Source: Acidimicrobiia bacterium (GTDB lineage: Bacteria; Actinomycetota; Acidimicrobiia; Spongiisociales; ZC4RG35). Taken from it: a DNA stretch of 64,000 nucleotides. This document shows, one piece after another, positions 9,852 through 18,570 of the stretch. The notes below the pieces were generated by a model. It worked only from the letters and a program-made list of their open reading frames with translations, did not search any database and was not told the origin of the DNA. Made by a program: the position numbers and the translations under genes. How positions within the stretch are numbered: position 1 is the stretch's first letter; each line of letters opens with the position of its first letter. The DNA is taken from the NCBI GenBank assembly GCA_048595045.1, contig JBMDXS010000214.1, positions 9,831 to 73,830 of the forward strand. The letters are read 5' to 3'.

Positions 9852-11735
9852 TTGAATGATTTGATGCAAGACGGCTCGGCTCCGACCCACCAGACGGTCG
9901 GGTTTCGTCGTCTCGCCTCCCCTCTACGGGACTTCATCGCCACCGAGAACTCCAGCGCCGTCTTCCTGTTGCTGGCGACCCTCGTCGCCCTCCTCTGGGC
10001 CAACTCACCGTGGGCCTCGGGATACGAATCCTTCTGGGGCACCGAACTGGCCATTCGGATCGGTGGCGCGGAGCTCTCACTCGATCTCCGGCATTGGGTC
10101 AACGACGGGCTGATGGCCCTCTTCTTCTTCGTGGTCGGTCTCGAGATAAGACGTGAGCTGGACATGGGGGAGCTGAGGGAGCGTCGGCGCGTGGCGACCT
10201 CGGTGCTGGCGGCGGTGGGTGGGATGGTGGTCCCCCCGGTCATGTATCTCCTGGTCAATGCCGGAGAGTCGTCGGCAGGTGGCTGGGGAATCGTCATGGG
10301 CACCGACACCGCATTTGCCCTGGCGGTCCTCGCCCTGGTGGCCGGCCACTTCACCCCCCTCCTCCGAACCTTCCTCCTCACGGTGATGATCGTCGACGAC
10401 ATCATCGCTCTCACGGTCATCGCCCTCGTGTACACCGAGGGGGTCTCCGTCCCGGCGCTGATCGCTGCCGGTGTTCTCTACCTCGTGGTGCTGGTCATGC
10501 GGCGCGGCGGTGTGCGCAACGGGGTTGCCTATTTCCTGGTCGGGTCGGCCTTTTGGTTGGCCACACTCGCCTCGGGTGTGCACGCCACGATCGCCGGGGT
10601 GCTCATGGGCATGTTGGCCACTGCCTACCCTCCGTCACAGAGCGAGTTGCAGCGGACCAGTGCGCAGTGGCGGATGTTCCGCGAACAGCCCACCCCCGAG
10701 TTTGCTCGTACCGCCAGCCGCAGCCTCATCACCACGATCTCGCCCAATGAGCGGCTGCAGTACTTGTTCCACCCTTGGGTCAGCTACTTGGTCGTGCCAC
10801 TGTTCGCCCTCGCCAACGCCGGTGTGGTCGTGGATGCCGGCAGCGTGGGCCAGGCGCTGACCTCGCCGATCACGATGGGTGTCGTCCTCGGGCTCGTGGT
10901 GGGGAAGCCGGTGGGGATCATCGTCTTCTCCTGGCTGGCCACGCGGCGATGGCTAGGGCGCCTCCCACTATCCGTCCCTTGGCCTGCGCTGATCGGGATG
11001 TCGGTGGTGGCCGGCATCGGCTTCACCGTCTCTCTTCTCATCGCCGGCCTCACCTTCAGTGGCGTCGACCTGCAAAACGCGAAATTCGGCGTGATTGCCG
11101 CGTCTGTGCTTGCTTCGGCGCTTTCCTGGCTCGTGTTCAGGCTGCTGAGACGGCTTCCCGACCAACCCGCGACGACTGCCACCCAGCTGCGTCCTCTGCC
11201 CGATCTCATCGCCCCGGTCGATCCCGAGGTGGATCACATCCGGGGCCCTGCAGATGCCGGCCTGACCCTCGTCGAGTATGGCGATTTCCAGTGTCCCTAC
11301 TGCGGACGGGCCGAATCGGTGACTCGCGAGCTGGTTCGGAACTTCGGCGACGAGCTTGCCTTCGTGTTCAGGCATCTGCCACTCACCGACGTGCATGAGA
11401 GCGCGGAACAGGCCGCCGAGGCCGCCGAAGCGGCCGGCGCCCAGGGCAAGTTCTGGGAGATGCACGACATGCTCCTCGCCCATCAGGACGAGTTGGATCT
11501 GGATGACCTGATCGGTCATGCCTCCGCGCTGGGGCTCGATGTCGAGCGTTTCACGGAGGACCTCATGTCCCGCCAGTTTGCAGTGAGGGTGGCTCGTGAC
11601 GTGGAGAGCGCAGATGAGAGCGGGGTGGCGGGCACGCCGACGTTCTTCATCAATGGCAGGCGGCACTACGGAGCCTATGACATCGACTCGCTGACCCAGG
11701 CTCTTCGTCTGGAGGCAGGCGCCGTCCGTCGCTGA
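9852..11735 (+). CDS. nhaA: Na+/H+ antiporter NhaA fused to a C-terminal DsbA-like thioredoxin domain
   Basis: The NhaA body carries LFFFVVGLEI.REL, MGTDTAFAL, IVDDI and GIGFTVSLLIA. The C-terminal ~180 aa carry VEYGDFQCPYCG ... GTPTFFING (DsbA/thioredoxin CPYC). The start may be 9852 (TTG) or 9864 (ATG). Confidence 0.85.
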   Translation: MNDLMQDGSAPTHQTVGFRRLASPLRDFIATENSSAVFLLLATLVALLWANSPWASGYESFWGTELAIRIGGAELSLDLRHWVNDGLMALFFFVVGLEIRRELDMGELRERRRVATSVLAAVGGMVVPPVMYLLVNAGESSAGGWGIVMGTDTAFALAVLALVAGHFTPLLRTFLLTVMIVDDIIALTVIALVYTEGVSVPALIAAGVLYLVVLVMRRGGVRNGVAYFLVGSAFWLATLASGVHATIAGVLMGMLATAYPPSQSELQRTSAQWRMFREQPTPEFARTASRSLITTISPNERLQYLFHPWVSYLVVPLFALANAGVVVDAGSVGQALTSPITMGVVLGLVVGKPVGIIVFSWLATRRWLGRLPLSVPWPALIGMSVVAGIGFTVSLLIAGLTFSGVDLQNAKFGVIAASVLASALSWLVFRLLRRLPDQPATTATQLRPLPDLIAPVDPEVDHIRGPADAGLTLVEYGDFQCPYCGRAESVTRELVRNFGDELAFVFRHLPLTDVHESAEQAAEAAEAAGAQGKFWEMHDMLLAHQDELDLDDLIGHASALGLDVERFTEDLMSRQFAVRVARDVESADESGVAGTPTFFINGRRHYGAYDIDSLTQALRLEAGAVRR

Positions 11736-11737
11736 GC

Positions 11738-13117
11738 TCAGCCAACCAATGTCTTCTCGATCATGTCGATGGCATGATCGATGTGGTCCCGGGTGGTCCT
11801 CCGGTTCAGGATGGCGAAGCGGAGGACGAGACGGCCGGAGATGATGGTGGGGGAGAGATGCACGATTCGCTCCTCGTTGATCGACTCGAGGGCGCGTCTC
11901 CCCAGGTCGTCATCCGCAAAGCGGAAAGCGACGATTGAGAGGTCCGGGGCCCACGGCGTCTCCAGCCCATCGATCCCGCCGAGGCGGGTGTAGGCATGAC
12001 TGGCGAGGTCGAGGCACACGTCGAGTGCCTCCCGGAATGGGGCCACACCGTGCAGGTGGAGTGGCAGCCACATCTGAAGGGCGCGGAACGGTCGGGTGAG
12101 CTCGGGCCCGAGGGCCGCGATGTCTCTCAAGCCGGAGTCATGGTCTTCCTCACGGAGGTAGGCGCCGCGGCCCTGGTTGGCGTCGATCAGATGTGCCTCG
12201 TCTCGGACCAGGAGAGCCCCGGCCCCGAACGGGATCGAGAGCCCTTTGTGGGGGTCCACCGAGATCGAGTCGGCCTTTTCGATGCCAGACAGGACCGTCC
12301 TGCCCCTTGGGGTGAGCTGAAAGAAGCCGCCGTAGGCGGCATCCACGTGGAGCCAAAGGCTCTCCCTCTCGGCGACCGAAGCCAGCTGGGGGAGCACATC
12401 CACCGTCCCGGTGTCGGTCGTGCCCGCCGACCCCACCACCAGGAAGGGGTCGAGACCGTCCCGGCGGTCACGGTCGACGGCGACCGCCAGGGCTTGCGCA
12501 TCCATCCTGAGGTCGGGGTCGATGCCGACGACCCGGATCTGGTCGCCCCGGAACCCGGCGATTCGGGCTGCCTTCTCCACCGAGTGATGAGTGTGGGGCG
12601 TGACGTAGATGACGCCCCGGGCGAACTCGTCACCGAGCCGGGCGGTCCGCGCCGCGACGATGGCTGTGAGGTTGGCCATCGAGCCGCCGGAGAGGATCAG
12701 ACCCGAGGCCGTGTCGCCCATATCGAACAGGGAGGTCATCCAGCGCACCATCCCGTGCTCGATGGCGGCCATCCCCGGGGCGGCACCCGAGACCCCGGTG
12801 TAACGGTTGAGGCCGGAGGCGAGGAACTCACCCAAGGCACCTGTGAACAGGCCGGCGTTGGGGATGTAGGAGAGATGCCCTCCGGACGGGTGGAACACCC
12901 CGGACCTCCCGGCGTCGTCGACATCGGCAAGGATCGACTCCAGACTGCGGCCGGTCTCGGCGGGCGGGGCCATCAAACGCGCCGTGACCTCGTCATCGAG
13001 GTCCACACCGGATGCAGGCATGGTGTCGGCGCGGTCGATCCAGTCCTGGATGACGTTGAGCACGTTCTCGGCGAGCGCGGCTCGCTCTTCCCGCCCCGGC
13101 TCGAGTTCTCCCGGCAT
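11738..13117 (-). CDS. pyridoxal-dependent (group II) amino-acid decarboxylase
   Basis: Motifs SGGSMANLTAIVAAR and the SVDPHKGL PLP-lysine motif are present. The start was trimmed to the ATG at 13117 (MPGELEPG...). Confidence 0.85.
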   Translation of the reverse strand: MPGELEPGREERAALAENVLNVIQDWIDRADTMPASGVDLDDEVTARLMAPPAETGRSLESILADVDDAGRSGVFHPSGGHLSYIPNAGLFTGALGEFLASGLNRYTGVSGAAPGMAAIEHGMVRWMTSLFDMGDTASGLILSGGSMANLTAIVAARTARLGDEFARGVIYVTPHTHHSVEKAARIAGFRGDQIRVVGIDPDLRMDAQALAVAVDRDRRDGLDPFLVVGSAGTTDTGTVDVLPQLASVAERESLWLHVDAAYGGFFQLTPRGRTVLSGIEKADSISVDPHKGLSIPFGAGALLVRDEAHLIDANQGRGAYLREEDHDSGLRDIAALGPELTRPFRALQMWLPLHLHGVAPFREALDVCLDLASHAYTRLGGIDGLETPWAPDLSIVAFRFADDDLGRRALESINEERIVHLSPTIISGRLVLRFAILNRRTTRDHIDHAIDMIEKTLVG

Positions 13118-13223
13118 CTGGCCAAGGTAGCCACCTGCCCGCGGCTTCGCCGCATCTGCCTGCCGCTTCGCCAGCCGGCACCGGCGGATACGATCAGGTG
13201 ATCTACACGCTGCACGCCACCTG

Positions 13224-14033
13224 ATGTCGGCCTTCCTCTTTCCCCGCACCCCGAGCGGTCGGTCATCGCTGATCCCCCCACCGCCCTGGCACTACTCGGG
13301 TGAGATGCTCACCGTCGAATACCGGACCGACCCGGCCCGGGTAGCCGAGCTGCTCCCGGACGGTATCGAGCCTGCCGGGGAGGACCCAGGCGCGGTGGCG
13401 CTGATCTGGGCCGACTGGCAGAGCTGCGGAGACAGCTTCGAAGAGCTGCTCGACCCGGTGCGCTCCCAGTACAAGGAGTGCCTCGCCGTCGTACGTTGCA
13501 CCTGGGACGGCGAAACCTTCAGCCGATGTGTGTTCATCTGGGTGGACAAGGACTTCGCCCTGGTGCGTGGCTACCACCAGGGGTACCCCAAGAAGATGGG
13601 GAGTATCTGGATGACCCGGCCGGTGACCGTGGGCAACGCCGGTCCCCGGCTGGAGCCCGGCGGGACATTCGGTGCCACGCTGGCCACCGCCGATCGGCGG
13701 CTGGCCCAGGGGGTGATCACCCTCGAGTCACCGGCCCCCGCTCCCGGTTTCGTCAACGGTCATCCGATGTTGCACAATCGGTGGTGGCCGGCGATCGAAT
13801 CCGATGGCACGGGATCCGTCGACGAGCTGGTGACGATGCGTGGCTATGACGGGGAGGTCAGCGAGGTGTGGGCAGGGTCGGCGGACCTGGAGTTGTTCGC
13901 CTCACCGGGGGACGAGCTGTCCTTGCTGGAGCCGGAGGAGATCATCGGTGGCTATTACCACCGTGTCGGTGTCTCGTGGAAGGGTGGGACGACTTTGCGA
14001 CGTAATCTGCCACTGGAGGTGGAAAGGGCATGA
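13224..14033 (+). CDS. acetoacetate decarboxylase (ADC) family protein
   Basis: 269 aa. The N-terminal IPPPPWHYSGEMLTVEY.TD signature is typical of the ADC/MppR-like family. Its stop overlaps the next gene's start (ATGA). Confidence 0.75.
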   Translation: MSAFLFPRTPSGRSSLIPPPPWHYSGEMLTVEYRTDPARVAELLPDGIEPAGEDPGAVALIWADWQSCGDSFEELLDPVRSQYKECLAVVRCTWDGETFSRCVFIWVDKDFALVRGYHQGYPKKMGSIWMTRPVTVGNAGPRLEPGGTFGATLATADRRLAQGVITLESPAPAPGFVNGHPMLHNRWWPAIESDGTGSVDELVTMRGYDGEVSEVWAGSADLELFASPGDELSLLEPEEIIGGYYHRVGVSWKGGTTLRRNLPLEVERA

Positions 14034-15484
14034 CTGCGATCCTCGAAGAGCTGAAGGAGCGGGGCAAGACCGGTCTCTATATCGGAGGTGACTGGTTCAC
14101 CGGGAACGGCGAGCTCCCGGTCGTCGACCCTGCCACCGAAGACGTGCTGGTTGGAGTCGGGCTGGCTGAGGCGAGCCACGCCTCCGATGCGGTCGATGCC
14201 GCAGCCGACGCCCTCGCCCCGTGGTCGGCTACCCCACCTCGGGATCGAGCGGAGATACTGCGCCGGACATTCGAGGCGATGCGGGCTCGTGAGGAGGATC
14301 TGGCAGAGTTGATCGTCCTGGAGAACGGCAAAGCCTTCCCGGATGCCCTGGGCGAGGTGCGGTACGCCGCCGAGTTCTTTCGCTGGTTCTCCGAGGAGAC
14401 GTCCCGGATCTCGGGCGAGGTCCGGCTCGCCCCGGCCGGCGACAAGCGGATCATGACCGTCCGCCAACCGGTGGGCGTGAGTGTTCTCATCACCCCCTGG
14501 AACTTCCCTGCCGCGATGGCTACCCGGAAGATCGGCCCCGCCCTCGCGGCCGGCTGCACAGTGATCCTCAAGCCTGCTTCGGACACGCCGCTGACCACAT
14601 TGGCGGTAGTCCATCTCATGGAAGAGGCGGGACTGCCGGCGGGAGTCGTCAACGTGGTGGTGGCCAAGGGCTCGTCAGGTGTCATCGAGCAGATGCTCCA
14701 CGACCCACGCGTGCGCAAGCTCTCCTTCACAGGATCGACCGAAGTGGGCCAGACGCTGCTCCGGGTGGCGGCGGATCAGGTGCTCAACGTGTCCATGGAG
14801 CTGGGCGGCAACGCACCGTTCATCGTGTTCGATGACGCCGACCTCGACGCGGCGCTGGAAGGGGCGATGGTGGCCAAGATGCGCAATGCCGGCGAGGCAT
14901 GTACCGCGGCCAATCGTTTCCTGGTCCACTCGGCCGTCGCCGGCGAGTTCACGTCGATGCTTGCCGGTGCGATGGGGGCGATGAAGCTCGGGCCCGGGAT
15001 CGACCGGACCAACCAGGTCGGCCCCATGATCAACGAGCGGTCTCGCGACGACATCGCACAACTGGTGCAGTCGGCGGTCGACTCGGGGGCCAATGTCGCC
15101 GTCGGCGCCTCGGTCCCGGATCGAAAGGGCTACTTCTACCAGCCAACCGTTCTTTCCGATGTGTCGCCCGATGCCGACATCCTCGATCAGGAGATATTCG
15201 GCCCGGTGGCGCCGATAGTGACCTTCGACAGCGACGAAGAGGCGATCACCATGGCCAACGACACGGTGCATGGCCTCATCTCGTACCTCTACACGAGGGA
15301 CCTGTCGCGTGGCCTGCGCACCGCCGAGGCGATCGAGTCGGGCATGGTCGGTCTCAATCGGGGTCTGGTCTCCGATCCGGCCGCCCCGTTCGGCGGGGTC
15401 AAGCAATCCGGGATCGGCCGCGAGGGAAGCCACGAGGGCATCGAGGAGTTTCTCGAGACCAAATACATCGCCACCAGCTGGTAA
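14030..15484 (+). CDS. gabD: NAD(P)-dependent succinate-semialdehyde dehydrogenase
   Basis: 484 aa ALDH. It has ITPWNFP, the catalytic ELGGNAP, the active-site Cys region (GEACTAANR) and a GabD-like C-terminus. Confidence 0.85.
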   Translation: MTAILEELKERGKTGLYIGGDWFTGNGELPVVDPATEDVLVGVGLAEASHASDAVDAAADALAPWSATPPRDRAEILRRTFEAMRAREEDLAELIVLENGKAFPDALGEVRYAAEFFRWFSEETSRISGEVRLAPAGDKRIMTVRQPVGVSVLITPWNFPAAMATRKIGPALAAGCTVILKPASDTPLTTLAVVHLMEEAGLPAGVVNVVVAKGSSGVIEQMLHDPRVRKLSFTGSTEVGQTLLRVAADQVLNVSMELGGNAPFIVFDDADLDAALEGAMVAKMRNAGEACTAANRFLVHSAVAGEFTSMLAGAMGAMKLGPGIDRTNQVGPMINERSRDDIAQLVQSAVDSGANVAVGASVPDRKGYFYQPTVLSDVSPDADILDQEIFGPVAPIVTFDSDEEAITMANDTVHGLISYLYTRDLSRGLRTAEAIESGMVGLNRGLVSDPAAPFGGVKQSGIGREGSHEGIEEFLETKYIATSW

Positions 15485-15550
15485 CACCGGTTTTTCAGGT
15501 CCGGGAGGCCGGTGAAGACGGGAGGGCTGATCGGAGATGTCCCGCGGGGC

Positions 15551-17014
15551 TCAGCTCACCGTTCCCTGCCCCAACTGGACGGTCTTCAGGTCGGAGTGGA
15601 AATCGAGGGCGTAGTCGCCGCCTTCGCGACCTATCCCCGAGATGCCGGTGCCGCCGAAAGGGGCGGTCAGGTCTCGGACCAGATGTGTGTTGATCCAGAT
15701 CGTCCCGGCCCGAATCCCCCTCGCCACCCGCTCGGCGCGCTCCTCGCTGCCGGTGTAGACCACCCCTGACAGACCATAGGAGGTCGAGTTGGCCAGTGTG
15801 ACCGCCGCCTCCTCGTCGACGAAGGTCTGATAGGTGAGGACCGGCCCGAATACCTCCCTCTGAACGATCTCCGAGTCGTTGTCGACGGGCTCGATAAGGG
15901 TCGGCTCGTACCACAGGCCATCCTGTTTCCATCGCTCGCCACCCCGGATCACCAGGTCGCCATGATGGCGCGCCCTCTCCACGAATCCCTCGACCCGGGC
16001 CAGATGCTCGGGATGGATCAGGGGGCTGACGGTCGTACGGGGATCCCGGCTGTCTCCAAGGACGTGGGCATCGGCATGCCGGTTGAACAGCTCCAGGAAC
16101 TCGGTCGAGACACTCTCCTCGACCAGGAGACGGGTGCCGGCCAGACAGGTCTGACCGGCGTCGTCGTATTGGCCGGCGGCGCGGCGCGCCGCTGCGTCGA
16201 GATCCGAGTCGGCGAACACCAGCAGAGGGCCTTTTCCCCCGAGCTCGGCTGTGAATGGGACGATGTTGCGCGCGGCCGATTGGCCGATGTGTCGTGCCGT
16301 TTCGGGTGACCCGGTGAATGAGATGCGGCGCACCCGGCGATCAGAGACCAGAGCCGCACCCACCTCATCGCCGTGGCCCTGGACGATGTTCAAGACACCG
16401 GGAGGGACCCCGGCATCGTGCGCCAGGTCGGCGAGCAACGACGCCGACAGGGGCGCCCACTCGGCGGGCTTGAGGATGACAGTGTTCCCCGCGGCCATCG
16501 CCGGGGCCAGCTTCCAGGTGGAGAGGAGCCAGGGGGCGTTCCACGGGGTGATGATCACCGCCGGGCCTGCCGGCATGCGCTCGACGTGGTTGTCGGTGCC
16601 CTTCGACGACCATCGTCGCCCCTGGTGGGAGAGGGCCAGCTCGGCGTAGCTGCGGAAGTTCTCCGCACCGCGATGGATCACCCTTGCTTCCAGGCTCTCC
16701 AGCAGCATCGCCATGTCGACACATTCGACGCGGGCGACCATCTCGATGTTCTCGTCGATCGAATCGGCCAGGCGGAAGAGTGGCTCGGCACGCTCCTTCG
16801 GGGTCAGTGAAGCCCAGTCGGGGAAAGCGTCCACCGCCGCGCTGACGGCCAGGTCCGCGGTGAGAGCGTCGCCACGGGCCACGTCGGCCAGGTGCCAGTC
16901 CCAGTCGAGGGGGGAGCGCACCTCGAAGGTGACGTCGGAGGCCACGCGTCGGCCCCCGATGTAGTGGTCGGGGGACACGGCGGTGTCGGAGATCTCGGCT
17001 CGGGCTGATGGCAT
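15551..17014 (-). CDS. aldehyde dehydrogenase, hydroxymuconic/carboxymethyl-hydroxymuconic semialdehyde dehydrogenase-like
   Basis: ALDH motifs are present: ITPWNAPW, FTGS, ELGGKGP and GQTCLAGTR. The start was trimmed to the ATG at 17014. It is divergent from a MarR gene and near a LigB-type dioxygenase. Confidence 0.85.
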   Translation of the reverse strand: MPSARAEISDTAVSPDHYIGGRRVASDVTFEVRSPLDWDWHLADVARGDALTADLAVSAAVDAFPDWASLTPKERAEPLFRLADSIDENIEMVARVECVDMAMLLESLEARVIHRGAENFRSYAELALSHQGRRWSSKGTDNHVERMPAGPAVIITPWNAPWLLSTWKLAPAMAAGNTVILKPAEWAPLSASLLADLAHDAGVPPGVLNIVQGHGDEVGAALVSDRRVRRISFTGSPETARHIGQSAARNIVPFTAELGGKGPLLVFADSDLDAAARRAAGQYDDAGQTCLAGTRLLVEESVSTEFLELFNRHADAHVLGDSRDPRTTVSPLIHPEHLARVEGFVERARHHGDLVIRGGERWKQDGLWYEPTLIEPVDNDSEIVQREVFGPVLTYQTFVDEEAAVTLANSTSYGLSGVVYTGSEERAERVARGIRAGTIWINTHLVRDLTAPFGGTGISGIGREGGDYALDFHSDLKTVQLGQGTVS

Positions 17015-17048
17015 GGGATCGTTCGCTACCCAAGGATATGCTGGCCGC

Positions 17049-17603
17049 ATGCCGAGGCCCCTGCACGACCACGATGCCGAGGTGGTGCTGGAGGCCGAAC
17101 GAGACATCAGGTCGCGGCTCGGGGGGCGTCGTCTCGACTTCGAGTCGATGCTCGCGATCTCCAACATCTACCGGGCGGCCAATGCGGTGCGAAACAGGAT
17201 GGAGAGGGAGGTCCTGGGGCCATCCGGTCTGACCTGGGGCGGGTTCACCATTCTCTTCGTTCTCTGGGTATGGGGCGACCGGGAGACCGGCCAGCTGGCC
17301 GAGGACTGCGGTCTTGCCAAGGGCACGCTCACCGGCATGCTGCAGACCCTGGAGAAAGGTGGTCTGGTGGCAAGGTCGAGGCACGAGACAGACGGGCGAA
17401 GGGTGGTGGTCACACTCGGTCGGCGGGGGAGGGACAAGATCGAATCGGTGTTTCCCGAGTTCAACCGGTACGAGGCGAAGTTCACCTCCGATCTCAGCGC
17501 CGAGGAGCGCCTGGAGCTGGCCCGGCTCCTTCGCAAGGTAACAGCCACCGCCGATGGGGTGGCGCTCGTCTCCGGCCAGGGGCTCGACCCTAGGATTCGT
17601 TAG
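17049..17603 (+). CDS. MarR family transcriptional regulator
   Basis: The winged-helix region reads ...GQLAEDCGLAKGTLTGMLQTLEKGGLVARSRHETDGRRVVVTLGRRG. The start was set at the ATG at 17049. Confidence 0.8.
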   Translation: MPRPLHDHDAEVVLEAERDIRSRLGGRRLDFESMLAISNIYRAANAVRNRMEREVLGPSGLTWGGFTILFVLWVWGDRETGQLAEDCGLAKGTLTGMLQTLEKGGLVARSRHETDGRRVVVTLGRRGRDKIESVFPEFNRYEAKFTSDLSAEERLELARLLRKVTATADGVALVSGQGLDPRIR

Positions 17604-17629
17604 CTACCGAACAACCCGAGGAGGCTGTG

Positions 17630-18505
17630 ATGGGTGAGATCGTCGGCGCGGGGCTTCTCAGTCACGCCCCCACCATCATGTTCGATGAGGCCGCCCGCCG
17701 GGAGATAAACGATGGCAAGGAGATCAGCCTGGTCCCCGGCCTGGTCCGTCTTCGCAGCGAGGTGCTCGACCGGCTGCGCCCGGACACGATCGTCATCATC
17801 GACTCCCACTGGGAGACGACGGTGGAGCACGTACTGGCGGCACAGGCGAGGCGTCACGGGGTGTTCACATCCTCCGAGCTGCCCCGCGGGATGGCCAAGA
17901 TCCCGTACGACTTCCCGGGTGACCCCGAGCTGGCCATGCTGGCTGCATCACTGGGCCGGGAGCTGGGCACGCCGACCCATGCCTCCGAGGACGATCATCT
18001 CCCCGTCTACTACGCCACGATCAACCTCCTTCATTATCTCCGTGACGACGAGAACGTGGTGTCCGTGTCTCTCGTCCAGACCGGCGAGACCGACGATTTC
18101 ATGACGATGGGGGAGGCGATCGGTGAGGCCGTCGCACGCCTCGACCGTCGCGCCGTGGTCATCGCTTCGGGTGGGATGAGCCACACCTTCTGGCCGCTCA
18201 AGGAGATAAGCAAGCACGAGGCATCCGATCCGGTGCACATCATCACTCCCGAGGCCAGGGCGGCTGACGAGGAGAGACTCGAGTGGATGAGGGCCGGGGA
18301 TCATGCCCGGATCGTCGAAACCATGGACGACTATTTCGAGCACTCTCCCGAGGGGGACTTCGGCCACTATCTGATGATGATCGGGGCGATCGGCGGGCGG
18401 GAGTGCGTGGCGACCGGCGAGCTCTTCTCCGACTACGAGAATGCCACCGGAACCGGCCAGGTCCATGTCTGGTTCGAGCGCCCAGCGGGTGGTTGGGTGG
18501 GTTGA
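17630..18505 (+). CDS. class III extradiol ring-cleavage dioxygenase (LigB family)
   Basis: About 291 aa. Motifs GAGLLSHAP, IIDSHW and ASGGMSH are present. A GAGGAGG lies 5 nt upstream of the ATG. Confidence 0.8.
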   Translation: MGEIVGAGLLSHAPTIMFDEAARREINDGKEISLVPGLVRLRSEVLDRLRPDTIVIIDSHWETTVEHVLAAQARRHGVFTSSELPRGMAKIPYDFPGDPELAMLAASLGRELGTPTHASEDDHLPVYYATINLLHYLRDDENVVSVSLVQTGETDDFMTMGEAIGEAVARLDRRAVVIASGGMSHTFWPLKEISKHEASDPVHIITPEARAADEERLEWMRAGDHARIVETMDDYFEHSPEGDFGHYLMMIGAIGGRECVATGELFSDYENATGTGQVHVWFERPAGGWVG

Positions 18506-18570
18506 TGTAGGAGCGGCTGGCCGGGCCTGACACCGTAACCGGCGCGGGGCGTGGCACAATCGAAGACGCC

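Noticed and set aside
17015-17048. MarR operator palindrome in the divergent region (CCAAGGATATGCTGG)
   Set aside because: It is only an imperfect 6/8 palindrome around ATAT. That is too weak to call a binding site without comparative or experimental data.
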